The notes under the pieces: model-generated
The model's input: the letters and a program-made list of their open reading frames with translations, nothing else
What the model was told of the DNA's origin: nothing
Database searches by the model: none
NCBI GenBank assembly: GCA_964016885.1
Contig: OZ024760.1
Span: 33,728,001-33,792,000, forward strand
Reading direction: 5' to 3'
DNA: 64,000 nucleotides
Source: Eledone cirrhosa
Taxonomy: Eukaryota
Shown here: positions 50,701 through 62,700 of the stretch, in pieces
Layout of the letters: each line of letters starts with the position of its first letter
How positions within the stretch are numbered: the stretch's first letter is position 1
Program-made: the position numbers and the translations under genes

Positions 50701-53700
50701 TTGGTGTTGTGATGGTTGTTGTTGTCGTGGTAGTAATGGTGTTTTGATGGTTGTTGTTGTGGTGGTAGTGTTGGTGATGTGATGGTTGTTGTTGTGGTGG
50801 TAGTGTTGGTGTTGTGATGGTTGTTGTTGTGGTTGTAGTGTTGGTGTTGTATTGGTTGTTGTTGTGGTGGCAGTGTTGGTGTTGTGATGGTTGTTGTTGT
50901 GGTGGTAGTGTTGGTTTTGTGGTGGTTGTTTTTGTCGTAGTGTTGGTGATGTAATGGTTGTTGTAGTGGTGGTAGTGTTGGTGTTGTGATGGTTGTTGTT
51001 GTGGTGGTAGTGTTGGTGATGTGATTTTTGTTGTTCTGGTGGTAGTGTTGGTGTGGTGGTTGTTGTTGTGGTGGTAGTGATGGTGATGTGATGGTTGTTG
51101 TTGTGGTGGTAGTGATGGTGTTGTGATGGTTGTTGTTGTGGTGGTAGTGTTGGTGTGGTTGTTGTTGTTGTGGTGGTAGTGTTGGTGATGTGATGGTTGT
51201 TGTTGTGATGGTAGTGTTGGTGTTGTGATGGTTGTTGTTGTGGTGGTAGTGTTGGTGTGGTCGTTGTTGATGTGGTGGTAGTGTTGGTGCTGTGATGGTT
51301 GTGTTGTGGTGGTAGTGTTGGTGTTGTGATAGTTGTTGTTGTGGTGGTAATGTTCGTGTGGTGGTAGTGTTGGTGATGTGATGGTTGTTGTTGTGGTGGT
51401 AGTGTTAGTGGTGTGATGGTTGTTGTTGTGCTGGTAGTAATGGTGTAGTGATGGCTGTTGTTGTGGTGGTAGTGTTGGTGAGGTGGTTGTTCTTGTGGTG
51501 GTAGTGATGGTGATGTGATGGTTGTTGTTGTGGTGGTAGTGTTGGTGTGGTGGTTGTTGTTGTGGTGGTAGTGTTGGTGATGTGATGTTTGTTGTTCTGT
51601 TGGTAGTGATGGTGTTGTGATGGTTATTGTTGTGGTGGTAGTGTTGGTGTGGTGGTTGTTGTTGTTGTGGTGGTAGTGTTGGTGATGTGATAGTTGTTGT
51701 TGTTGTGGTAGTGTTGGTGTTGTGATGGTTGTTGTTGTAGTGGTAGTGATGGTGTTGTGATGGTTGTTGTTGTGGTGGTAGTGTTGGTGATGTGATTTTT
51801 GTTGTTCTGGTGGTAGTGTTGGTGTGGTGGTTGTTGTTGTGGTGGTAGTGATGGTGATGTGATGGTTGTTGTTGTGGTGGTAGTGATGGTGTTGTGATAG
51901 TTGTTCTTGTGGTGGCAGTGTTGGTGTGGTTGTTGTTGTGGTGGTAGTGTTGGTGATGTGATGGTTGTTGTGGTGGTGGTAGTGTTGGTGTGGTGGTTGT
52001 TGTTGTGGTGGTAGTATTGGTGATGTGATGGTTGTTGTTGTGGTGGTAGTGTTGGTGATGTGATGGTTGTTGTTGTGGTGGTAGTGTTGGTGATGTGATG
52101 GTTGTTGTTGTGGTGGTTTTGTTGGTGATGTGATGTTTGTTGTTGTGGTGGTAGTGTTGGTGATGTGATGGTTGTTGTTGTGGTGGTAGTGTTGGTGATA
52201 TGATGGTTGTTGTTGTGGTGGTAGTGATGGTGTTGTGATGGTTGTTGTTGTGTTGGTGATGTGGTTGTTGTTGTTGTGGTCGTAGTGATGGTGTTGAGAT
52301 GGTTATTGTTGTGGTGGTAGTGTTGGTGATGTGATGGTTGTTGTTGTGGTGGTTGTGTTGGTGATGTGGTGGTTGTTGTTGTGGTGGGAGTGTTGGTGAT
52401 GTGATGGTTGTTGTTGTGGTGGTAGTGTTGGTGATGTGATGGTTGTTGTTGTGGTGGTAGTGTTGGTGATGTGATGGTTGTTGTTGTGGTGGTAGTCTTG
52501 GTGATGTGATGTTTGTTCTTGTGGTGGTAGTCTTGGTGATGTGATGGTTGTTGTTGTGGTTGTAGTGATGGTGTTGTGATGGTTTTTGTTGTGGTGGTAG
52601 TGTTGGTGATTTAATGGTTGTTGTTGTGGTGGTAGTGTTGGTGATGTGATGGTTGTTGTTGTGGTGGTAGTGTTGGTGTTGTGATGGTTGTTGTTGTGGT
52701 GTTAGTGTTGGTGATGTGATGGTTGTTGTTGTGCTGGTAGTGTTGGTGATGTGATTGTTGTTGTGGTGGTGTTGGTGTTGTGATGGTTGTTGTTGTCGTG
52801 GTAGTAATGGTGTTTTGATGGTTGTTGTTGTGGTGGTAGTGTTGGTGATGTGATGGTTGTTGTTGTGGTGGTAGTGTTGGTGTTGTGATGGTTGTTGTTG
52901 TGGTTGTAGTGTTGGTTTTGTATTGGTTGTTGTTGTGGTGGCAGTGTTGGTGTTGTGATGGTTGTTGTTGTGGTGGTAGTGTTGGTTTTGTGGTGGTTGT
53001 TTTTGTCGTAGTGTTGGTGATGTAATGGTTGTTGTAGTGGTGGTAGTGTTGGTGTTGTGATGGTTGTTGTTGTGGTGGTAGTGTTGGTGTTGTGATGGTT
53101 GTTGTTGTGGTGGTAGTGTTGGTGTGGTTGTTGTTGTTGTGGTGGTAGTGTTGGTGATGTGATGGTTGTTGTTGTGATGGTAGTGTTGGTGTTGTGATGG
53201 TTGTTGTTGTGGTGGTAGTGTTGGTGATGTGATAGTTGTTGTTGTTGTGGTAGTGTTGGTGTTGTGATGGTTGTTGTTGTAGTGGTAGTGATGGTGTTGT
53301 GATGGTTGTTGTTGTGGTGGTAGTGTTGGTGATGTGATTTTTGTTGTTCTGGTGGTAGTGTTGGTGTGGTGGTTGTTGTTGTGGTGGTAGTGATGGTGAT
53401 GTGATGGTTGTTGTTGTGGTGGTAGTGATGGTGTTGTGATAGTTGTTCTTGTGGTGGCAGTGTTGGTGTGGTTGTTGTTGTGGTGGTAGTGTTGGTGATG
53501 TGATGGTTGTTGTGGTGGTGGTAGTGTTGGTGTGGTGGTTGTTGTTGTGGTGGTAGTATTGGTGATGTGATGGTTGTTGTTGTGGTGGTAGTGTTGGTGA
53601 TGTGATGGTTGTTGTTGTGGTGGTAGTGTTGGTGATGTGATGGTTGTTGTTGTGGTGGTTTTGTTGGTGATGTGATGTTTGTTGTTGTGGTGGTAGTGTT

Positions 53701-56700
53701 GGTGATGTGATGGTTGTTGTTGTGGTGGTAGTGTTGGTGATATGATGGTTGTTGTTGTGGTGGTAGTGATGGTGTTGTGATGGTTGTTGTTGTGTTGGTG
53801 ATGTGGTTGTTTTTGTTGTGGTCGTAGTGATGGTGTTGAGATGGTTATTGTTGTGGTGGTAGTGTTGGTGTGGTGGTTGTTGTTGTGGAGGTAGTGTTGG
53901 TGATGTGATGGTTGTTGTTGTGGTGGTAGTGTTGGTGATGTGATGGTTGTTGTTGTGGTTGTTTTGTTGGTGATGTGATGGTTGTTGTTGTGGTGGTAGT
54001 GTTGGTGATGTGATGGTTGTTGTTGTGGTGGTAGTGTTGGTGATGTGATGGTTGTTGTTGTGGTGGTAGTCTTGGTGATGTGATGGTTGTTGTTGTGGTG
54101 GTAGTGTTGGTGATGTGATGGTTGTTGTTGTGGTGGTAGTGTTGTTGTTGTGATGGTTGTTGTTGCGGTGGTTGTGTTGGTGATGTGATGATTGTTGTTG
54201 TGGCTGTAGTGATGGTGTTGTGATGGTTTTTGTTGTGGTGGTAGTGTTGGTGATTTAATGGTTGTTGTTGTGGTGGTAGTGTTGGTGATGTGATGGTTGT
54301 TGTTGTGGTGGTAGTGTTGGTGTTGTGATGGTTGTTGTTGTGGTTGTAGTGTTGGTGTTGTATTGGTTGTTGTTGTGGTGGCAGTGTTGGTGTTGTGATG
54401 GTTGTTGTTGTGGTGGTAGTGTTGGTTTTGTGGTGGTTGTTTTTGTCGTAGTGTTGGTGATGTAATGGTTGTTGTAGTGGTGGTAGTGTTGGTGTTGTGA
54501 TGGTTGTTGTTGTGGTGGTAGTGTTGGTGTTGTGATGGTTGTTGTTGTGGTGGTAGTGTTGGTGTGGTTGTTGTTGTTGTGGTGGTAGTGTTGGTGATGT
54601 GATGGTTGTTGTTGTGATGGCAGTGTTGGTGTTGTGATGGTTGTTGTTGTGGTGGTAGTGTTGGTGTGGTCGTTGTTGATGTGGTGGTAGTGTTGGTGCT
54701 GTGATGGTTGTTGTTGTGGTGGTAGTGTTGGTGCTGTGATAGTTGTTGTTGTGGTGGTAGTGTTGGTGATGTGATGTTTGTTGTTGTGGTGGTAGTGTTG
54801 GTGTTGTGATGGTTGTTGTTGTGGTGGTAGTGTTGGTGATGTGATGTTTGTTGTTGTGGTGGTAGTGTTGGTGATGTGATGGTTGTTGTTGTGGTGGTAC
54901 TGTTGGTGTTGTGATGGTTGTTGTTGTGGTGGTAGTGTTGGTGATGTGATGTTTGTTGTTGTGGTGGTAGTGTTGGTGATGTGATGGTTGTTGTTGTGGT
55001 GGTAGTGATGGTGATGTGATGGTTGTTGTTGTGGTGGTAGTGTTGGTGTGGTGGTTGTTGTTGTGGTGGTGGTAGTGTTGGTGATGTGATGGTTGTTGTT
55101 GTTGTGGATGTGTTGGTGTTGTGATGGTTGTTGTTGTAGTGATGGTGTTGTGATGGTTGTTGTTGTGGTGGTAGTGTTGGTGATGTGATTGTTGTTGTTC
55201 TGGTGGTAGTGTTGGTGTGGTGGTTGTTGTTGTGGTGGTAGTGATGGTGATGTGACGGTCGTTGTTGTGGTGGTCGTGATGGTGTTGTGATGGTTGTTCT
55301 TGTGGTGGCAGTGTTGGTGTGGTTGTTGTTGTGGTGGTAGTGTTGGTGATGTGATGGTTGTTGTCGTGGTGGTAGTCTTGGTGATGTGATGGTTGTTGTT
55401 GTGGTGGTAGTGTTGGTGATGTGATGGTTGTTGTTGTGGTGGTAGTGTTGGTGATGTGATGGTTGTTGTTGTGGTGGTAGTGTTGGTGATGTGATGGTTG
55501 TTGTTGTGGTGGTTTTGTTGGTGATGTGATGGTTGTTGTTGTGGTGGTAGTGTTCGTGTTGTGATGGTTGTTGTTGTGGTGGTAGTGTTGGTGATATGAT
55601 GGTTGTTGTTGTGGTGGTAGTGATGGTGTTGTGATGGTTGTTGTTGTGTTGGTGATGTGGTGGTTGTTGTTGTGGTGGTAGTGATGTTGTTGAGATGGTT
55701 ATTGTTGTGGTGGTAGTGTTGGTGTGGTGGTTGGTGTTGTTGTGGTGGTAGTGTTGGTGATGTGATGGTTGTTGTTGTGGTGGTAGTGTTGGTTATGTGA
55801 TGGTTGTTGTTGTGGTGGTAGTGATTGTGTTGTGATGGTTATTGTTGTGGTGGTAGTGTTGGTGTGGTGGTTGTTGTTGTGGTGGTAGTGTTGGTGATGT
55901 GATGCTTGTTCTTGTGGTGGTAGTGTTGGTGATGTGATGTTTGTTGTTGTGGTGGTAGTGATGGTGTTGTGATGGTTGTTCTTGTGGTGGTAGTGTTGGT
56001 GTGCTGGTTGTTGTTGTTGTGGTGGTAGTGTTGGTTATGTGATGGTTGTTGTTGTGGTGGTAGTGTTGGTGTGGTGGTTGTTGTTGTGGTGGTAGTGTTG
56101 GTGATGTGATGGTTGTTGTTGTGGTGGTAGTGTTGGTGATGTGATGCTTGTTGTTGTGGTGGTAGTGTTGGTGATGTGATGGTTATTGTTGTGGTGGTAG
56201 TGTCGGTGTGGTGGTTGGTGTTGTTGTGGTGGTAGTGTTGGTGATGTGATGGTTGTTGTTGTGGTGGTAGTGTTGGTGATGTGATGCTTGTTGTTGTGGT
56301 GGTAGTGTTGGTGATGTGATGTTTGTTGTTGTGGTTGTTTTGTTGGTGATGTGATGGTTGTTGTTGTGGTGGTAGTGTTGGTGATGTGATGGTTGTTGTT
56401 GTGGTGGTAGTGATGGTGTTGTGGTGGTTGTTGTTGTGGTGGTTGTGTTGGTGATGTGGTGGTTGTTGTTGTGGTCGTAGTGTTGGTGATGTGATGGTTG
56501 TTGTTGTGGTGGTAGTGTTGGTGATGTGATGGTTGTTGTTGTGGTGGTAGTGTTGGTGATGTGATGGTTGTTGTTGTGGTGGTAGTCTTGGTGATGTGAT
56601 GGTTGTTGTTGTGGTGGTAGTGTTGGTGATGTGATGGTTGTTGTTCTGGTGGTAGTGTTGTTGTTGTGATGGTTGTTGTTGTGGTGGTTGTGTTGGTGAT

Positions 56701-59700
56701 GTGATGATTGTTGTTGTGGTTGTAGTGTTGGTGATGTGATTTTTGTTGTTCTGGTGGTAGTGTTGGTGTGGTGGTTGTTGTTGTGGTGGTAGTGATGGTG
56801 ATGTGATGGTTGTTGTTGTGGTGGTAGTGATGGTGTTGTGATAGTTGTTCTTGTGGTGGCAGTGTTGGTGTGGTTGTTGTTGTGGTGGTAGTGTTGGTGA
56901 TGTGATGGTTGTTGTGGTGGTGGTAGTGTTGGTGTGGTGGTTGTTGTTGTGGTGGTAGTATTGGTGATGTGATGGTTGTTGTTGTGGTGGTAGTGTTGGT
57001 GATGTGATGGTTGTTGTTGTGGTGGTAGTGTTGGTGATGTGATGGTTGTTGTTGTGGTGGTTTTGTTGGTGATGTGATGTTTGTTGTTGTGGTGGTAGTG
57101 TTGGTGATGTGATGGTTGTTGTTGTGGTGGTAGTGTTGGTGATATGATGGTTGTTGTTGTGGTGGTAGTGATGGTGTTGTGATGGTTGTTGTTGTGTTGG
57201 TGATGTGGTTGTTGTTGTTGTGGTCGTAGTGATGGTGTTGAGATGGTTATTGTTGTGGTGGTAGTGTTGGTGATGTGATGGTTGTTGTTGTGGTGGTTGT
57301 GTTGGTGATGTGGTGGTTGTTGTTGTGGTGGGAGTGTTGGTGATGTGATGGTTGTTGTTGTGGTGGTAGTGTTGGTGATGTGATGGTTGTTGTTGTGGTG
57401 GTAGTGTTGGTGATGTGATGGTTGTTGTTGTGGTGGTAGTCTTGGTGATGTGATGGTTGTTCTTGTGGTGGTAGTCTTGGTGATGTGATGGTTGTTGTTG
57501 TGGTTGTAGTGATGGTGTTGTGATGGTTTTTGTTGTGGTGGTAGTGTTGGTGATTTAATGGTTGTTGTTGTGGTGGTAGTGTTGGTGATGTGATGGTTGT
57601 TGTTGTGGTGGTAGTGTTGGTGTTGTGATGGTTGTTGTTGTGGTGTTAGTGTTGGTGATGTGATGGTTGTTGTTGTGCTGGTAGTGTTGGTGATGTGATT
57701 GTTGTTGTGGTGGTGTTGGTGTTGTGATGGTTGTTGTTGTCGTGGTAGTAATGGTGTTTTGATGGTTGTTGTTGTGGTGGTAGTGTTGGTGATGTGATGG
57801 TTGTTGTTGTGGTGGTAGTGTTGGTGTTGTGATGGTTGTTGTTGTGGTTGTAGTGTTGGTTTTGTATTGGTTGTTGTTGTGGTGGCAGTGTTGGTGTTGT
57901 GATGGTTGTTGTTGTGGTGGTAGTGTTGGTTTTGTGGTGGTTGTTTTTGTCGTAGTGTTGGTGATGTAATGGTTGTTGTAGTGGTGGTAGTGTTGGTGTT
58001 GTGATGGTTGTTGTTGTGGTGGTAGTGTTGGTGTTGTGATGGTTGTTGTTGTGGTGGTAGTGTTGGTGTGGTTGTTGTTGTTGTGGTGGTAGTGTTGGTG
58101 ATGTGATGGTTGTTGTTGTGATGGTAGTGTTGGTGTTGTGATGGTTGTTGTTGTGGTGGTAGTGTTGGTGATGTGATAGTTGTTGTTGTTGTGGTAGTGT
58201 TGGTGTTGTGATGGTTGTTGTTGTAGTGGTAGTGATGGTGTTGTGATGGTTGTTGTTGTGGTGGTAGTGTTGGTGATGTGATTTTTGTTGTTCTGGTGGT
58301 AGTGTTGGTGTGGTGGTTGTTGTTGTGGTGGTAGTGATGGTGATGTGATGGTTGTTGTTGTGGTGGTAGTGATGGTGTTGTGATAGTTGTTCTTGTGGTG
58401 GCAGTGTTGGTGTGGTTGTTGTTGTGGTGGTAGTGTTGGTGATGTGATGGTTGTTGTGGTGGTGGTAGTGTTGGTGTGGTGGTTGTTGTTGTGGTGGTAG
58501 TATTGGTGATGTGATGGTTGTTGTTGTGGTGGTAGTGTTGGTGATGTGATGGTTGTTGTTGTGGTGGTAGTGTTGGTGATGTGATGGTTGTTGTTGTGGT
58601 GGTTTTGTTGGTGATGTGATGTTTGTTGTTGTGGTGGTAGTGTTGGTGATGTGATGGTTGTTGTTGTGGTGGTAGTGTTGGTGATATGATGGTTGTTGTT
58701 GTGGTGGTAGTGATGGTGTTGTGATGGTTGTTGTTGTGTTGGTGATGTGGTTGTTTTTGTTGTGGTCGTAGTGATGGTGTTGAGATGGTTATTGTTGTGG
58801 TGGTAGTGTTGGTGTGGTGGTTGTTGTTGTGGAGGTAGTGTTGGTGATGTGATGGTTGTTGTTGTGGTGGTAGTGTTGGTGATGTGATGGTTGTTGTTGT
58901 GGTTGTTTTGTTGGTGATGTGATGGTTGTTGTTGTGGTGGTAGTGTTGGTGATGTGATGGTTGTTGTTGTGGTGGTAGTGTTGGTGATGTGATGGTTGTT
59001 GTTGTGGTGGTAGTCTTGGTGATGTGATGGTTGTTGTTGTGGTGGTAGTGTTGGTGATGTGATGGTTGTTGTTGTGGTGGTAGTGTTGTTGTTGTGATGG
59101 TTGTTGTTGCGGTGGTTGTGTTGGTGATGTGATGATTGTTGTTGTGGCTGTAGTGATGGTGTTGTGATGGTTTTTGTTGTGGTGGTAGTGTTGGTGATTT
59201 AATGGTTGTTGTTGTGGTGGTAGTGTTGGTGATGTGATGGTTGTTGTTGTGGTGGTAGTGTTGGTGTTGTGATGGTTGTTGTTGTGGTTGTAGTGTTGGT
59301 GTTGTATTGGTTGTTGTTGTGGTGGCAGTGTTGGTGTTGTGATGGTTGTTGTTGTGGTGGTAGTGTTGGTTTTGTGGTGGTTGTTTTTGTCGTAGTGTTG
59401 GTGATGTAATGGTTGTTGTAGTGGTGGTAGTGTTGGTGTTGTGATGGTTGTTGTTGTGGTGGTAGTGTTGGTGTTGTGATGGTTGTTGTTGTGGTGGTAG
59501 TGTTGGTGTGGTTGTTGTTGTTGTGGTGGTAGTGTTGGTGATGTGATGGTTGTTGTTGTGATGGCAGTGTTGGTGTTGTGATGGTTGTTGTTGTGGTGGT
59601 AGTGTTGGTGTGGTCGTTGTTGATGTGGTGGTAGTGTTGGTGCTGTGATGGTTGTTGTTGTGGTGGTAGTGTTGGTGCTGTGATAGTTGTTGTTGTGGTG

Positions 59701-62700
59701 GTAGTGTTGGTGATGTGATGTTTGTTGTTGTGGTGGTAGTGTTGGTGTTGTGATGGTTGTTGTTGTGGTGGTAGTGTTGGTGATGTGATGTTTGTTGTTG
59801 TGGTGGTAGTGTTGGTGATGTGATGGTTGTTGTTGTGGTGGTACTGTTGGTGTTGTGATGGTTGTTGTTGTGGTGGTAGTGTTGGTGATGTGATGTTTGT
59901 TGTTGTGGTGGTAGTGTTGGTGATGTGATGGTTGTTGTTGTGGTGGTAGTGATGGTGATGTGATGGTTGTTGTTGTGGTGGTAGTGTTGGTGTGGTGGTT
60001 GTTGTTGTGGTGGTGGTAGTGTTGGTGATGTGATGGTTGTTGTTGTTGTGGATGTGTTGGTGTTGTGATGGTTGTTGTTGTAGTGATGGTGTTGTGATGG
60101 TTGTTGTTGTGGTGGTAGTGTTGGTGATGTGATTGTTGTTGTTCTGGTGGTAGTGTTGGTGTGGTGGTTGTTGTTGTGGTGGTAGTGATGGTGATGTGAC
60201 GGTCGTTGTTGTGGTGGTCGTGATGGTGTTGTGATGGTTGTTCTTGTGGTGGCAGTGTTGGTGTGGTTGTTGTTGTGGTGGTAGTGTTGGTGATGTGATG
60301 GTTGTTGTCGTGGTGGTAGTCTTGGTGATGTGATGGTTGTTGTTGTGGTGGTAGTGTTGGTGATGTGATGGTTGTTGTTGTGGTGGTAGTGTTGGTGATG
60401 TGATGGTTGTTGTTGTGGTGGTAGTGTTGGTGATGTGATGGTTGTTGTTGTGGTGGTTTTGTTGGTGATGTGATGGTTGTTGTTGTGGTGGTAGTGTTCG
60501 TGTTGTGATGGTTGTTGTTGTGGTGGTAGTGTTGGTGATATGATGGTTGTTGTTGTGGTGGTAGTGATGGTGTTGTGATGGTTGTTGTTGTGTTGGTGAT
60601 GTGGTGGTTGTTGTTGTGGTGGTAGTGATGTTGTTGAGATGGTTATTGTTGTGGTGGTAGTGTTGGTGTGGTGGTTGGTGTTGTTGTGGTGGTAGTGTTG
60701 GTGATGTGATGGTTGTTGTTGTGGTGGTAGTGTTGGTTATGTGATGGTTGTTGTTGTGGTGGTAGTGATTGTGTTGTGATGGTTATTGTTGTGGTGGTAG
60801 TGTTGGTGTGGTGGTTGTTGTTGTGGTGGTAGTGTTGGTGATGTGATGCTTGTTCTTGTGGTGGTAGTGTTGGTGATGTGATGTTTGTTGTTGTGGTGGT
60901 AGTGATGGTGTTGTGATGGTTGTTCTTGTGGTGGTAGTGTTGGTGTGCTGGTTGTTGTTGTTGTGGTGGTAGTGTTGGTTATGTGATGGTTGTTGTTGTG
61001 GTGGTAGTGTTGGTGTGGTGGTTGTTGTTGTGGTGGTAGTGTTGGTGATGTGATGGTTGTTGTTGTGGTGGTAGTGTTGGTGATGTGATGCTTGTTGTTG
61101 TGGTGGTAGTGTTGGTGATGTGATGGTTATTGTTGTGGTGGTAGTGTCGGTGTGGTGGTTGGTGTTGTTGTGGTGGTAGTGTTGGTGATGTGATGGTTGT
61201 TGTTGTGGTGGTAGTGTTGGTGATGTGATGCTTGTTGTTGTGGTGGTAGTGTTGGTGATGTGATGTTTGTTGTTGTGGTTGTTTTGTTGGTGATGTGATG
61301 GTTGTTGTTGTGGTGGTAGTGTTGGTGATGTGATGGTTGTTGTTGTGGTGGTAGTGATGGTGTTGTGGTGGTTGTTGTTGTGGTGGTTGTGTTGGTGATG
61401 TGGTGGTTGTTGTTGTGGTCGTAGTGTTGGTGATGTGATGGTTGTTGTTGTGGTGGTAGTGTTGGTGATGTGATGGTTGTTGTTGTGGTGGTAGTGTTGG
61501 TGATGTGATGGTTGTTGTTGTGGTGGTAGTCTTGGTGATGTGATGGTTGTTGTTGTGGTGGTAGTGTTGGTGATGTGATGGTTGTTGTTCTGGTGGTAGT
61601 GTTGTTGTTGTGATGGTTGTTGTTGTGGTGGTTGTGTTGGTGATGTGATGATTGTTGTTGTGGTTGTAGTGATGGTGTTGTGATGGTTTTTGTTGTGGTG
61701 GTAGTGTTGGTGATGTGATGGTTGTTGTTGTGGTGGTAGTGTTGGTTTTGTGATGGTTGTTGTTGTGGTGTTAGTGTTGGTGATGTGATGGTTGTTGTTG
61801 TGCTGGTAGTGTTGGTGTTGTGATGGTTGTTGTTGTGGTGTTAGTGTTGGTGATGTGATGGTTGTTGTTGTGGTGGTAGTGTTGGTGTTGTGATGGTTGA
61901 TGTTGTGGTTGTAGTGTTGGTGTTGTATTGGTTGTTGTTGTGGTGTAAGTGTTGGTGATGTGATGGTTGTTTTTGTGCTGGTAGTGTTGGTGATGTGATT
62001 GTTGTTGTGGTGGTGTTGGTGTTGTGATGGTTGTTGTTGTCGTGGTAGTAATGGTGTTGTGATGGTTGTTGTTGTGGTGGTAGTGTTGGTGATGTGATGG
62101 TTGTTGTTGTGGTGGTAGTGTTGGTGTTGTGATGGTTGTTGTTGTGGTTGTAGTGTTGGTGTTGTATTGGTTGTTGTTGTGGTGGTAGTGTTGGTGTTGT
62201 GATGGTTGTTGTTGTGGTGGTAGTGTTGGTTTTGTGCAGGTTGTTGTGGTCGTAGTGTTGGTGATGTAATGGTTGTTGTAGTTGTGGTAGTGTTGTTGTT
62301 GTGATGGTTGTTGTTGTGGTGGTAGTGTTGGTGTTGTGATGGTTGTTGTTGTGGTGGTAGTGTTGGTGTGGTTGTTGTTGTTGTGGTGGTAGTGTTGGTG
62401 ATATGATGGTTGTTCTTGTGCTGGTAGTGTTGGCTATGTGATGGTTGTTGTTGTGGTGGTAGTGTTGGTGTGGTGGTTGGTGTTGTGGTGGTAGTGTTGG
62501 TGATGTGATGTTTGTTGTTCTGGTGGTAGTGATGGTGTTGTGATGGTTATTGTTGTGGTGGTAGTGTTGGTGATGTGATAGTTGTTGTTGTTGTGGTAGT
62601 GTTAATGTTGTGATGGTTGTTGTTGTAGTGGTATTGATGGTGTTGTGATGGTTGTTGTTGTGGTGGTAGTGTTGGTGATGTCTTTGTTGTTGTTCTGGTG

